Positions 52,874 to 64,000 of a stretch of 64,000 bases of DNA are shown piece by piece. Below the pieces are notes generated by a model. That model searched no databases and had not been told where the DNA came from. It saw nothing but the letters and a program-made list of their open reading frames with translations. The translations under genes were made by a program, and so were the position numbers. The stretch lies in contig MU619350.1 of the NCBI GenBank assembly GCA_025201805.1, positions 1 to 64,000 of the forward strand, written 5' to 3'. The first letter of the stretch is position 1; each line of letters starts with the position of its first letter. The DNA comes from Parasitella parasitica NRRL 2501 (lineage: Eukaryota; Fungi; Mucoromycota).

Positions 52874-53433
52874 ATGGTAGGCTATCATACTCTTTGTTTA
52901 TTTCTACGCGTAGTTAATACTATACCCTATAGACTATTTCTGTTGGCGACTCTCTTCCTCAAGTTTCTCTTGATTATGTTCCTTATGATGCCGCCCGTGA
53001 TCCTATGGCTTGTCCCAGACCTATCAAGTATAACCTTGCCAAGGAGCTCAAAGACAAGAAAGCTGTAATCTTTGCAATCCCCGGTGCATTTACCCCCACT
53101 TGCTCAGAAACACATGTTCCCAAGTTCTTGGAAAAGTACGACCAACTCAAGAAGGCAGGCGTTGACGTGATCATTTGTACTGCAGCCAATGATGGCTTTG
53201 TCATGCATGCTTTCGGCCAACATTTGAAGGTCCAAGATAAGATTATCATGGCTTCGGATGGCGACTCGGGCTTTTTTCAACAATTGGGCCTGACTATGGA
53301 TTCAAATGCAAACGGCTTGGTTCGCTCAAAGCGTTTTGCTTTGGTAGTTGATAATCTCAACGTCACTTATGTTGGCGTTGATGAAAAGGGTGTTGATAAA
53401 TCTGGCCCAGATGCTGTTTTGCAGAGTTTGTAA
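52874..53433 (+). CDS. AHP1: Prx5/Ahp1/Pmp20-type peroxiredoxin (redoxin)
   Basis: ATG-only first exon, then TISVGDSLP..ACPRP..FAIPGAFTPTCSETHVP..NDGFVM..RSKRFALVVDN. Confidence 0.93.
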
Positions 53434-53763
53434 ATGAATTTTTTGGCATAAAGTAACTGAAAGACACCCTTTTTTTTTTTTTTTTTTTTTTTTNNNNNNN
53501 NNNTTCACTGTGGTGATGTAAGGGGATCTTTGCGTGAGATTGTGGCAATAAGCGTGTATTGCATGCACAAGTGTTAATGAGCCACAAACACAATTGGAAT
53601 GTGTTATTCTTAGACTGATTTGAATGAGCTTTTTGCTCATGTCGAAGCTGTCTGTGCCTCATACTTTAACTCCACACAGTCACGACATTTGGGTTACCAT
53701 GAAAAAATCTTTCAAATGTCCAGCATACATCAGTCTTTTTTCGATTAGCACCACATTGTAAGC

Positions 53764-54420
53764 ATGTCAGAAGGCAAAAGAGAAGGGAAAAAAGCTTCAA
53801 GCAGGCTTTTAGGAATGAAGGTAATGAAGTTTATTGCTATGGAAACCGAAATCTCTTTGACGAACGCATCGATTAATTAGTTCATGCAACGTTCGATGGA
53901 GAAAGAAATGCAAGAGCAAATAGAGAGAGAACGTAAACGTGTTATATCCGAAGCTGAATGGGTATTAGATACCAAAGATACCACCATACAGAAACCGTAA
54001 GGATGAGCGCGCTCAGCTCTCTAAGAAATTTTCTAAAGCCAATGTATTATATAGAAAGATTCAGATTCAAGTGGAACCAAGCTTTCTCCCTTTTACACAA
54101 GACACAACCGCTGGCAGGAGATCATTCAAGAGCTTTAACAAATCAATTGAGGTATACAAATGCATTTTTAGTACCATAGCACATGTATATTCAAATATTA
54201 TGATCAGGCTAGTGCGGATCAAAACGAAAAATTGCAACGACTTGCACGAGAAGAGAAAGCTGAAGGGAACTCAAGTCTGAATGATGCAGAATTTGGGAAG
54301 CAAATGCAAACAATTAGATCGGTGTCAAAGAAATCGTCGAAAAAGAGAAAGGCAGATGCTGATAACGCTAAAACAAAAAAGCCCAAGGTTGCTTCAAATA
54401 CTTTTCTTAAGCCAGAATAG
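53764..54420 (+). CDS. MPP6: M-phase phosphoprotein 6 (nuclear exosome cofactor)-like, 4 exons
   Basis: SSRLLGMK|FMQR..EWVL..GRRSFKSFNKSIE motifs; basic tail ending FLKPE. Confidence 0.8.
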
Positions 54421-55793
54421 AGTTAATGTATGTATATGTATATAAATTTAGCGCCCCTCCCCCCCCCCCCTCTTTCAATATGGTATGTAATCAATTTTGG
54501 TCAAAATAAACCTTCATATAGAGCTTATAAACAGGAGATATTTCTGTGAAACACTGACGGATATTGTTTTAATCAGTGTACGAGATAGTCTTTTAAATGA
54601 ATTGAATTATATTCTTTTCTAACGCTTCGCGTGAAATTATGCAGTACCAAAGGAACTAGAAGCATACGTGTCTTATATATGTGAATGTTAGTATTAATGA
54701 ATTTGCATTAAATGCCTTTGGTTTACTCGACAATGTTTACAAGTAATATAAAAGTCTCCATTTTAAGATTGCAAAAGCTTTAGCCTATGAAATTTAAGCT
54801 GGGTTTTTCTAAATCAAGATGGTGAATTTCGACATCGACAACGGTTTTTGCATGAATAAAAAATAAACAGAATATTAACCATAAAATAATAAAATATGAA
54901 CATACACAACGTTAATTGCCCTATTTAGTGGCTTAATTGTGTAAAGAACATTAATAAAATGCTATTTGTAAAACTCTTTAATCAAATTTTGGTTTTATGC
55001 CCCAAATTTTATATTCTCAATATATAATCTTCGAATAAATACTTGAAAGCTGTGCATTCAAATTATATTGTTTTTTTACTCTGCAAATGTTATAGACTAA
55101 ACACTGTTTTTTGGGGGGTAAACATTCTATTTTCCAAATTTGCCCATTTCGCATGCATGGTGGCAAGGCAAAAAACACAATATTTGATTTGAAAAAAAAG
55201 ATCTTTTTTTATATTTGCATATCATTTAGAGTTGTTAATGAATAGTAGGAGTGCTTTTATTTTTCTTGTAGCTGCTTTTTCCATCGAGATATCATCGCTG
55301 AAAGTTGACATTTTTAAGCAGGAAGAATGAAAAAACAAATGTAATTGCAGCCAATTTCCACCTTTTTTTTTTTTCTGTGTATTAGAGTCAAGTTTTCTTA
55401 TACCGTAGCAAGATTCTGTGGAATAAATGATATTTGAGTATTTGCGCCATAACGGAGAGCTGGCGTCTGTACACTCCTGGCCATGCTGGCAAGAATCGAA
55501 ACACTTGCACTGGGTTACAAATTCAGCCTATTCTATCAATCTTTAGCTATGTACGATTGCGTTGTACTGTCCCCTAACAAGTATGTATTCTGAAACGAGT
55601 CTTCTGTTTATCCTCTTTGTTAGTCATAGATAAAGATCATTTTTGAATGAATGATTTTAGCAATGCGCAATGATATGGTGCTGCAACCATGATAAAGGTA
55701 ACGAGCCAATGGATTATGGCGCGGACTTCTACGAAATGAGGATATAAATAAAGCTTGTGTTTTCTTTTTTCTTGTTATTAAAGCAAACAACAC

Positions 55794-58700
55794 ATGAGTG
55801 GAAACCCTTTTTTACAGCCTGAATCACCAGGCAAGATAGCGGCTCGAAGTAAAACCGTAGTTCGACAAAAATATGTACCTCGACAGCCATCTCAAGATTA
55901 CTTTGAGCCTGCTGAAAGAGAGGATTTCCATGGTGATTTTTCAGAGTTCGAAGGTACAGTCATATACATATATATATACATATATATAAAACTACATCGA
56001 GTAACCAGCGACAAACGACTTAATTCCATATGTAAAATAGCTGTAATGAGAGAAATCCACCAAGGGTGGCAGTTTATGCTAGAAGATGATGTAAAATCAG
56101 TTCCATGTTTGCTTTTTTTTTTGCGTGTTTGCGTCTAAGATGGTTTTTTTTTCTGTATAGTTTGACCCAGTAACACTTACATTAAGGCTTATGGACGATA
56201 GTTCAGTTGGCAAGAAAAAAGACTATAAAGCCTTTCAACGCGTATTGTATGAATTAGATATGGCCCTGAAGACAATCGTCAATGGTAACCGAACTTGGAT
56301 CACAGTAGCAAGAGTGCAATGAAATTAACTCTTGGGCTTAGATTACTACAAAGGCTTCAATAATTCTATCGGTACCTTTGGAGGTGTATTGCAGTATATC
56401 AATGGTAGACGAGTCTTTGAGATATGTCTGTATGGAGGCAATAACTCACATTGGGCATTATTTAGATTCATCCAGCAGGCTTATTCAAATGAAGAGCAAT
56501 TTAAAAAAATGCAAAGAGGAATTGCTATTGAAGAGAAACGACCTGTTGAATCTGTGGTACAAATCCCAGCAGTACAAAGAAATGCTTAGCATATTGGAGA
56601 CAATGTATGTACAATATTGTTGAAAATGGTCGATCTCCAAAAGACTAATAGTGATTTCATTAGAGAAGAATTGCGTACGACCCCTGAGAAAATTGATGCT
56701 ATGATGGAATCCAAGCATGTATTGAGTACGTCCAAGCTTTTATCAAGCTCCATTCGACAAGCTTTGAGTAAGGATATGATGCAGATTGGTGCATTGGATG
56801 ATGTCAGACGAACATTGAAATCGCAGAAGAATGTAAAAATCGCTGAACGGCTACCCTTGTGAAAAATACTAAAGTTAACCTCTCTCCCCATATTCTAGAC
56901 ACTGCATGATCTGCTTATTGAAGAGCTTCATAATCACTTGTATCTCAAAAACTCTTACTGCGATAATCGGTGGTCTGTGTATACTCCCAGACAACAGGAT
57001 TGTAAGTCAAATTTGTGCCTTGGTGTATATACCGCGGACAGGTATTTAACATGTAGCCTTCTAGTGCCTGAAACCACCATCAAGCCCAGAAAGTTTAAAG
57101 AGTCTAAAAACACAAATCACAACATCCAAGACGCTCCAGATATGTTTGCAGTAGATAATGACATTGTAAGTTTGCGATAGGGCCAATGAGGGTAATCTTT
57201 ATTAATGTGTTTTTTTTTTTCTTGGAAATAGCTAACCGAAGATGCCGATAAAAACCCGGAAACCGATTCGTATTATTACATGGAGATTATCATGGAGGCA
57301 TTGCTAGTATTGGGTGATATTCCTGCAGCATTAGAGGTAACTTTGCTTATAGGCGACTATTTCCATTTACTAACGACATGTGCAGACTATCCAAGAGAGA
57401 TTATCAGTCGAAATCCATACACTCGTAGATAAAACTATCTCAGAGGTCGAACAAAGGTAAAAAAAAAAAAAAAAACAATGTTATGTGTTGGCATCTTGCA
57501 AGTACTCATAACACAGCAGACATTCGAATCAGTGGAACACCAGCCGCAAAAAGGACAAAAATACTGATGATAATGACATTTATTGCCTCGACAAGGCGAA
57601 TCTGGAGGTCAAGAATGAAATTCTCAAGGATTTGCTTTGGACATTGTATTCAAAGCTTGAAGCTGTGCTTCGAGGCCATCGATTTATTGAGACTTGTGCT
57701 AGACGTATAAAAAAGGTACTAATCCATTTGTCTGTGTGTGCAATTGCTGGCTAACGCAAATCAACTGCCACAATTAGAGGCTACTAACCGCCAGATCAAC
57801 CAATCCAGAAGAAGGCTCAGGCTCCAACATCAATGTCTATCATTTCCATGAAATTTGGAGGCCAGTGCAGACAGAGATTCGATCCATATTGCAAGACTAC
57901 CTAACAAGTTCTGACCAATCCATTGTGTCTGTCAACGACCCTGCAACGACCAAGAAATTCCGTGGAAAGCGAGACAAGCCCAAGCAGCTCTTTACATTTG
58001 CTGAAGCGGCAGAGAATGAACAGGTGCACGAATCGTACGAGGATTTGAAGCGAAAGCTGTTTCTGTCTTACAAGAAAAAGGTGCCTGGATTGGAGAAGAC
58101 AACATTGCATTCTACCATTGTGGATAAATACGCTAATAATCTGTCCTCCAAGGGCCATAAGGTCTTGGTAAAGCCTGATGCCTACAATGTAAGTGTCTTG
58201 CTGAAGCCGACCATGTCCTTTTTGCAGCGTTTGAGAGAAGTATTTCCCAATTAGTAAGTGTGTCGCTACCAAACCCGCGTAACTAGGTACTTAATAGAAG
58301 ATAGTGATGACCATAACGAAGAAGGATTTGCAAGCTTCTTGGACGATTTTGCTGTAAACGTCTTTTTACCTCAAATCGAGGAAAAGGTGATGCAGCTTAT
58401 CCAACACGCTACTGTTGGTATGTTGTTTTGAGCATATGCGTTGATTCTGCATGGCCTAATGTTATTTTGCAGGTCTAGATGCTTTCCAAGATGCTCGAGA
58501 TTACAAAAACTATTCAAGATACCCAATTGCCAAGGTAAGCCGCAACCGAGTTTGATTGATTCAGCCGTATTGATCGACTGCTTAAAGAGTGCTGTTGCTT
58601 TGATTTCTGTCATTCAAAGTCTATGCCGCACAATGCACAGTATGCCTTTCCATACAGATGAATATGTACGCTTAATTGAAGTTGTCCTGCTGAAATTCTA

Positions 58701-60155
58701 TGAAAAATGCTACCAGAGGTTCTATTGTAAGTTTCTCTTTTCAGGACTATCGCATGCTGTCTTCTGATCTTCTCCTGTCTTATTTTTTCTTTAGCTACAG
58801 TGGCTAGAGGCAGCTCGTACGGAGACAACCAGGAAAAGAATGTTACAGATGTCACCATCAGCGCCAGTGGAGATTGGGCCCAAGATGAAAATTTGGTTGG
58901 ATTACTTGCGCAGAATCCGTTCTTCAATGATGAGTCGAAATCAGACCACGATTTCATCAAGGCTCTCAACCAATCGGTAAGTGTGTTTATAGACATTCAA
59001 ATTACATTGGCTTTCTGCTAAATATTGTGTACAGGAAATTATCATGGAATTGAAATTGAAGAATGATCGTGTGTTGGAATCAAACGAGCTCATATTCGAC
59101 TCGAAAAAACTGATTGCACTAGGCAGACTTTATCATACATTGAAGTGGTTTGTAAGAGAAATATGGGATCTGCGTTCTGCTAATGTCCCGCCATCCATGA
59201 TGACATCGACGCCCAAACTCAATACAGACAGAGAGGACGAAGACTCACCAGAGGTCAGGTATTCCAAACGATGGTCCAGCGAAGAAACAAGACCAGCATT
59301 CAAAGAGGTTGCTGATGCCATCGAGCCAGTTCTTTTGCCTCTGAAAGGCGAAATTGCAAAGTAAGTGCCATCTTTTTTTTTTGTTTTTTTTGTTTTTTAG
59401 TGTTAGGCTGACCATGGTAATAACAGACGTTTCGATGCGTTGCTTACCACATATCAGCAACTGGCAGAAACCTGCCTGTTTACTTTGAGATTGGAAGGGC
59501 GTTGTCATACCATGTACTATTTGGAAATGGCCATTCGAGACGGAAACTATCATTTAGAGGACGAGACTTTTGAGCCTGATCCATACGTTATCACACTAAA
59601 CTCGGATTTAATGGAGCTGGATGACTGCATAAACGCATCGTTACCGCCAAAAGACGAGCTGTTTGCATTTGATGGCTTGCCAGGGCTGATTGTGCACATA
59701 TTGATATCAGAGGCAACTTACATAAAGCGACTGAATAGCAATGGCGTGCAAAAGATGGCAAGAAATGTCCTTGCTCTACAGCAGAATCTCAGTAATTTTG
59801 TGCCCCTACCGCAGTGCTCCATCATGGAAAGAGCAAGAGAGTACTATCATCTGTTCAGCCTTGGTAGCGAGGTTGGTACTTTTTGTTCCTGCTTTGAAAT
59901 GATAGCATCACTCAAAATCTCAAATAGGGCATTATTAAATCCATTCAAGAAAACGGGCCTAAATTCACATTCGATGAGTACCGCATCATGCTTGGTTTGA
60001 TCCATGGCATCAACCACGATCAAGATGATGATCCCAAGAGTGCATTGGAATCTGCTTCGTCAGCTAAACTCGAAAACGCAAGAAAGACCAATAGCAACAA
60101 GTACAGCGAGTGGTTGATGGAGTTGGTTGAAGTGATGGCAGACTATGAGAATTGA
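55794..60155 (+). CDS. SEC8: Exocyst complex component Sec8, intron-rich
   Basis: YYKGFNNSIGTF, LHDLLIEELHNHLYLK, NPETDSYYYMEIIMEAL, LFTLRLEGRCHTMYYL, EPDPYV, GVQKMARNVLALQQNL. Confidence 0.93.
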
Positions 60156-60231
60156 AGCGCAGCAGAAGCTTTGTTTCTTGCCACATTTCAATAAAAAATT
60201 TATCTTTTACTCTTCTTTCTCTTTTTCTCCA

Positions 60232-60232
<1 letters not shown>

Positions 60233-60274
<42 letters not shown>
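60233..60274. repeat. (TA)n microsatellite immediately upstream of the Dicer ATG
   Basis: About 21 TA units. Confidence 0.95.
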
Positions 60275-60277
<3 letters not shown>

Positions 60278-60279
<2 letters not shown>

Positions 60280-63200
60280 GAAGAAGCCTCAATTGGGCGA
60301 GGGTGATTTAGCTGATTATGTTGATCCGGCTGTTATATATGTCCCATTGGAGCATAGAGAAAACAACATGAACGACATTGACTTGGCGCTTCTTTCAAAA
60401 TACCTCGACCCTGAATTCATCAATGCAAAGCCAGATGATAAAGCAAAAGAGATGGAGCAGTTGGAGCTCGAAGGAAAGGAGAGAATGAACATAGACTTTG
60501 ACTTGGATGATGAATTGGAAGAGGAGATTCAGGAAAAGCAGCTCATTGCCGCCAGACTCCAGCCACGCGAGTATCAATATGAACTCTATACCAAGGCCTT
60601 GGAAGAGAATATCATTACAGTGCTAGACACAGGTGCAGGCAAAACACTGATTTCGATCATGCTGATTAAGTACATGGTTGCGCAAGAAAGGCAAGAAAGA
60701 CTCGCCAGAATAGAGGTATAGATACGCATTGTTAAGCCAAATTAGCTCAGCTCTATCAAAAGAAGAAAACAAACTAAGCACACTCGTAGACAAAACTTGC
60801 ATTTTTCTTGGTTGATCGTGTTCCCCTTGTGTTTCAGCAAGCAAGCGTAATTAGAGCCAATTGTGATGTCAATTTAAAGGAAATATGCGGCGCGATGGAT
60901 GTGGATACATGGTCTGAAAAAAATTGGAAAACGATTTTTGAAGAGAACGACGTGTGTGTCATGACAGGCCAAATTTTCTTGGACGCACTCTACCATGGTT
61001 ACTTTAGCATTGAAAAGGTAACTTGCAGTAATTTTTTTTTTTTTTTTTTTTCTTCTTCTTCTTTCCTGGAATTTTTTTTCAAACAAAAGGCACAATGTTT
61101 TACACACACAGGTACATCTTTTAGTTTTCGATGAATGCCATCATGCTACAAAAAGACACCCTTTCAACGTGATCATGCGAGAATTTTATGACAGATGCCC
61201 CGTCGAAAAACGCCCTAAAATTTTTGGCATGACAGCATCTCCAACGCAGGTTCAAAACAAAGTGGAGCAAAGCGTTGCGCGGCTCGAAAAAAACTTGAAT
61301 GCTCGTGTGTATACCGCCACCAGCCTGGAGAAACTCGAGATTAGCGCGCCCAAGCCTAATGAAACTGCTGTGTTTTACGCAAAGTCACCTTCATACAAAC
61401 AAACCGAACTAATGCTGAGGGTCAGGGACAAGCTGGGCGAAATTGGTCGCTATGCACGCTGCTTTAAGGCTGCTGAAGACATTTTGAAAAACCTTGGCCC
61501 TTGGTGCAGCAATCGCATGTGGAAGAGTATGCTGTCTGAACTGGAGCGGAAGATGTCCAACATGACACAAGATCTGGACAGAGACGCATTGGTTGAAGAA
61601 GACCTCGCACTGAAAGAAACACATGAATTTGTTGATCCCATCGATTTTCCTCGCAACCCAGATACAACCAGCGCAGAGCTGTTTTCATCAAAGATTACAC
61701 AGCTGATGCGTCTTTTGGAAGTGACATCGAGGAAAATATCAGATTTCTGTGGCATTGTCTTTGTCGAGCGCAGACATACCGCAAAGGCTATTCAAGCATT
61801 GATAGAGTCGCTGGACTTTTTAAATCATATTCGATGCGACACGTTGACTGGCCATGGCTCTACTGAAGAAGGCGATATTCAAATGACATACAAAGACCAA
61901 AATAAAGTTATTGGGCAATTTCGCAGTGGCGAACTCAATTTGCTTATTGCGACCAATGTAGCTGAAGAAGGTCTAGATATCCAACCTTGCAATGTTGTTA
62001 TCCGCTTCGACCCCTGCCCTACGTTGATCTCGTATATTCAATCGAGAGGGCGAGCTCGTAAAGCGGATTCCAAGTACATCACCATGCTAGAAACAGCTGA
62101 CCATCAGAACATAAAAAAAATTGGCGACTTTATGAAAGTAGAAAAGGAAATGAAGGCGTACTGTCAAACAATGCCTGAAAACCGCAACGTGGCCTCCAAG
62201 TTTGCAATCAGCATGAACGGCTACATTTCTGACGATGAGGATTCGGATGACGACGACTACGACTACACGGAAAACTCATTCATTGAACCAGAAACAGGCG
62301 CGACTATTTCAAAGATGAATTCAGTGCGCCTGATCCACATGTACTGCAGCTCACTTCCGTCAGACAGCTTCTGTGTCCTGAAACCTGTATTTGAGATCAT
62401 TGCTACTAGTCAAGGATTCATTTGCAAACTATCTCTTCCAAGCAATGCTCCCTTCCAAGAAATGGAATCCTCAATAATGAACTCAAAAGATCACGCAAAG
62501 GCAGCGGTAGCAATGCAGGCTTGTATTCGTTTGAGAGAATTGGATGCCTTGGACAACCATTTGCGGCCACGCAATATCCGTAAAGAGATTCTAGGTGAAA
62601 TGGCTCCGCAGTATGATGAAAATGGGTATATCATTGGCAGTAGACGTCGTCATGGTCTGTACGAAAAAAGAACGCCCAAGTTTTGGGAAAAGCCAAGCTT
62701 ATTTGAGGAAGAGGAAGAGGAAGAAAATATTGGCGTTGAAGACAACCCTGATTTGTTGAAGGCTCAAGTACATGCTACTGCAATCTCTGAAAAAAATGAA
62801 AAGGATTTAGGTCAGAGTAGCAATAAGGAAGCAAGTAAGCCAGATCAAGATTCAGCTCCTGGAGAGGTTACCCCTGAAATCAATGGCGATTTGATAGACT
62901 TGACTGAAGATAATAAAGGAAGCGGTACAGAGAACCAGAGTGTGCAAGGTGAAAAAGATGTCGCAGATGAAAGCGCAGCAGCAGCAGCAGCAGAAGAAGA
63001 AGAAGAAGAGCCAGAAGAAGAACTAAGCGAAGGACCTTTCTCTTGTTATTTTACGATTTTCGAGGTACAACTTCCAGAAAACAAGTTTGAAAATATACCA
63101 TACCGTCGACTATGTCTCATCTCCAAGAAGCCATTCCCAAAACTGCTTGATTTGAAGCTGTACCATAAAAGCATCCCTTTCAAGGTCAAACTTCGAAACA

Positions 63201-64000
63201 TGGCCACTGAACTACTCTTTGATCGTGAAAAGATACTGCTGTTGTCAGAGTACATGAAGAAACTGCTAATAGCGCTGATCAACAAGGAGTTCCAATGCCC
63301 CATTGTTGACATTCCGTATTACATTGTTCCTTTGGTCAAAAACTGCGAAAATACAACGTTCGAAGCATTGTCACCTGAAGCGTTGGAGGCGTTGGTTGAT
63401 TGGCCTGAAATCGACAGCATTATACAGTCAAAACCACAGCCTTTTGTATTGGAAGAATGCGATCCCACAGACAGCATTGTGATTGACCACTCAGACAATA
63501 TGCGACGTTATTTTGTTACCAAAGTGAGAACGGACATGAGCCCGCTCAGTTCCGTGCCTGAAGGTGTCAAAACCAAAGAAAATGGATATGCTACTTTTGC
63601 AGACTATTACAAGGATAAGAAATACGCAGAGAACCTCGATACCAACCAACCCTTATTAGAAGTGAGACGTGTAAAAAAGGTGATGAATTTTCTATATCCT
63701 GGTCATATTGTCCCTGCCCAGATAAAGGGGCCTGTGTCAGCCTGGGCAGTACCTAGCTTTTGCCACAAGTTCTTTATGAGCGCAAGTGTATATCAAGCAA
63801 CCATGATGATACCCTCTATTATGACCCGAATCGATTCTGTTTTACTATGCCGTCAGTCAGCCGAGATATATGACTTGCCTATAAATGATGACCAAATGCT
63901 GGAAGCTTATACAACGCCGTCTGCAAGCATGGAAATGAACTATGAACGTCTTGAAACGCTCGGTGGTAAGTCATTTTAAGCAAAATCAAATACGACAGTC
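60278..64000 (+). CDS. DCL: Dicer-like endoribonuclease (5' part; runs off the window)
   Basis: PREYQYEL..LDTGAGKT, FDECHH, FGMTASP, ATNVAEEGLDI, YIQSRGRAR; DUF283 YCSSLPSD..ACIRL..LDNHLRP; PAZ-like TFADYY..QPLLEV; start of RNase IIIa NYERLETLG. The dcl-1 versus dcl-2 paralogue was not determined. Confidence 0.96.

Noticed and set aside
55478-55552. tRNA-Thr(TGT)-like pattern on the minus strand
   Set aside because: T-arm and anticodon-loop words are present, but there is no acceptor stem or variable loop, and the T-loop has a 3-nt insertion.

Overview
Eukaryotic, intron-containing, AT-rich scaffold with assembly gaps. Gene content and repeat types fit a Mucorales fungus (inference). 1-13.2 kb is a nested transposon graveyard: the 5' end of an LTR retrotransposon inserted into a DIRS element (methyltransferase tail plus near-intact tyrosine recombinase), two solo-LTR families with 5-bp TSDs, and a ~10 kb inverted-arm structure. 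Host genes: a ~3080-aa spectraplakin-like protein (CH-CH/coiled rod/GAS2), STN1, a Ser/Thr-rich single-pass membrane protein, a fungal CSL transcription factor, ARPC4, a secreted Ser/Ala-rich protein with repeated KR sites, a peroxiredoxin homologue lacking the peroxidatic Cys, UBA2, LETM1/MDM38, an AHP1/Prx5 peroxiredoxin, MPP6, SEC8 and a Dicer that runs off the window. A second repeat island (27.8-32.4 kb) holds a deleted DIRS copy and a decayed, spliced two-gene cassette (serine-recombinase-like plus PD-(D/E)XK nuclease-like), the best candidate for an undescribed mobile system. Several intergenic segments fold by eye into multi-helix structures (candidate ncRNAs). All calls are by-eye motif recognition; no database searches or folding programs were run.
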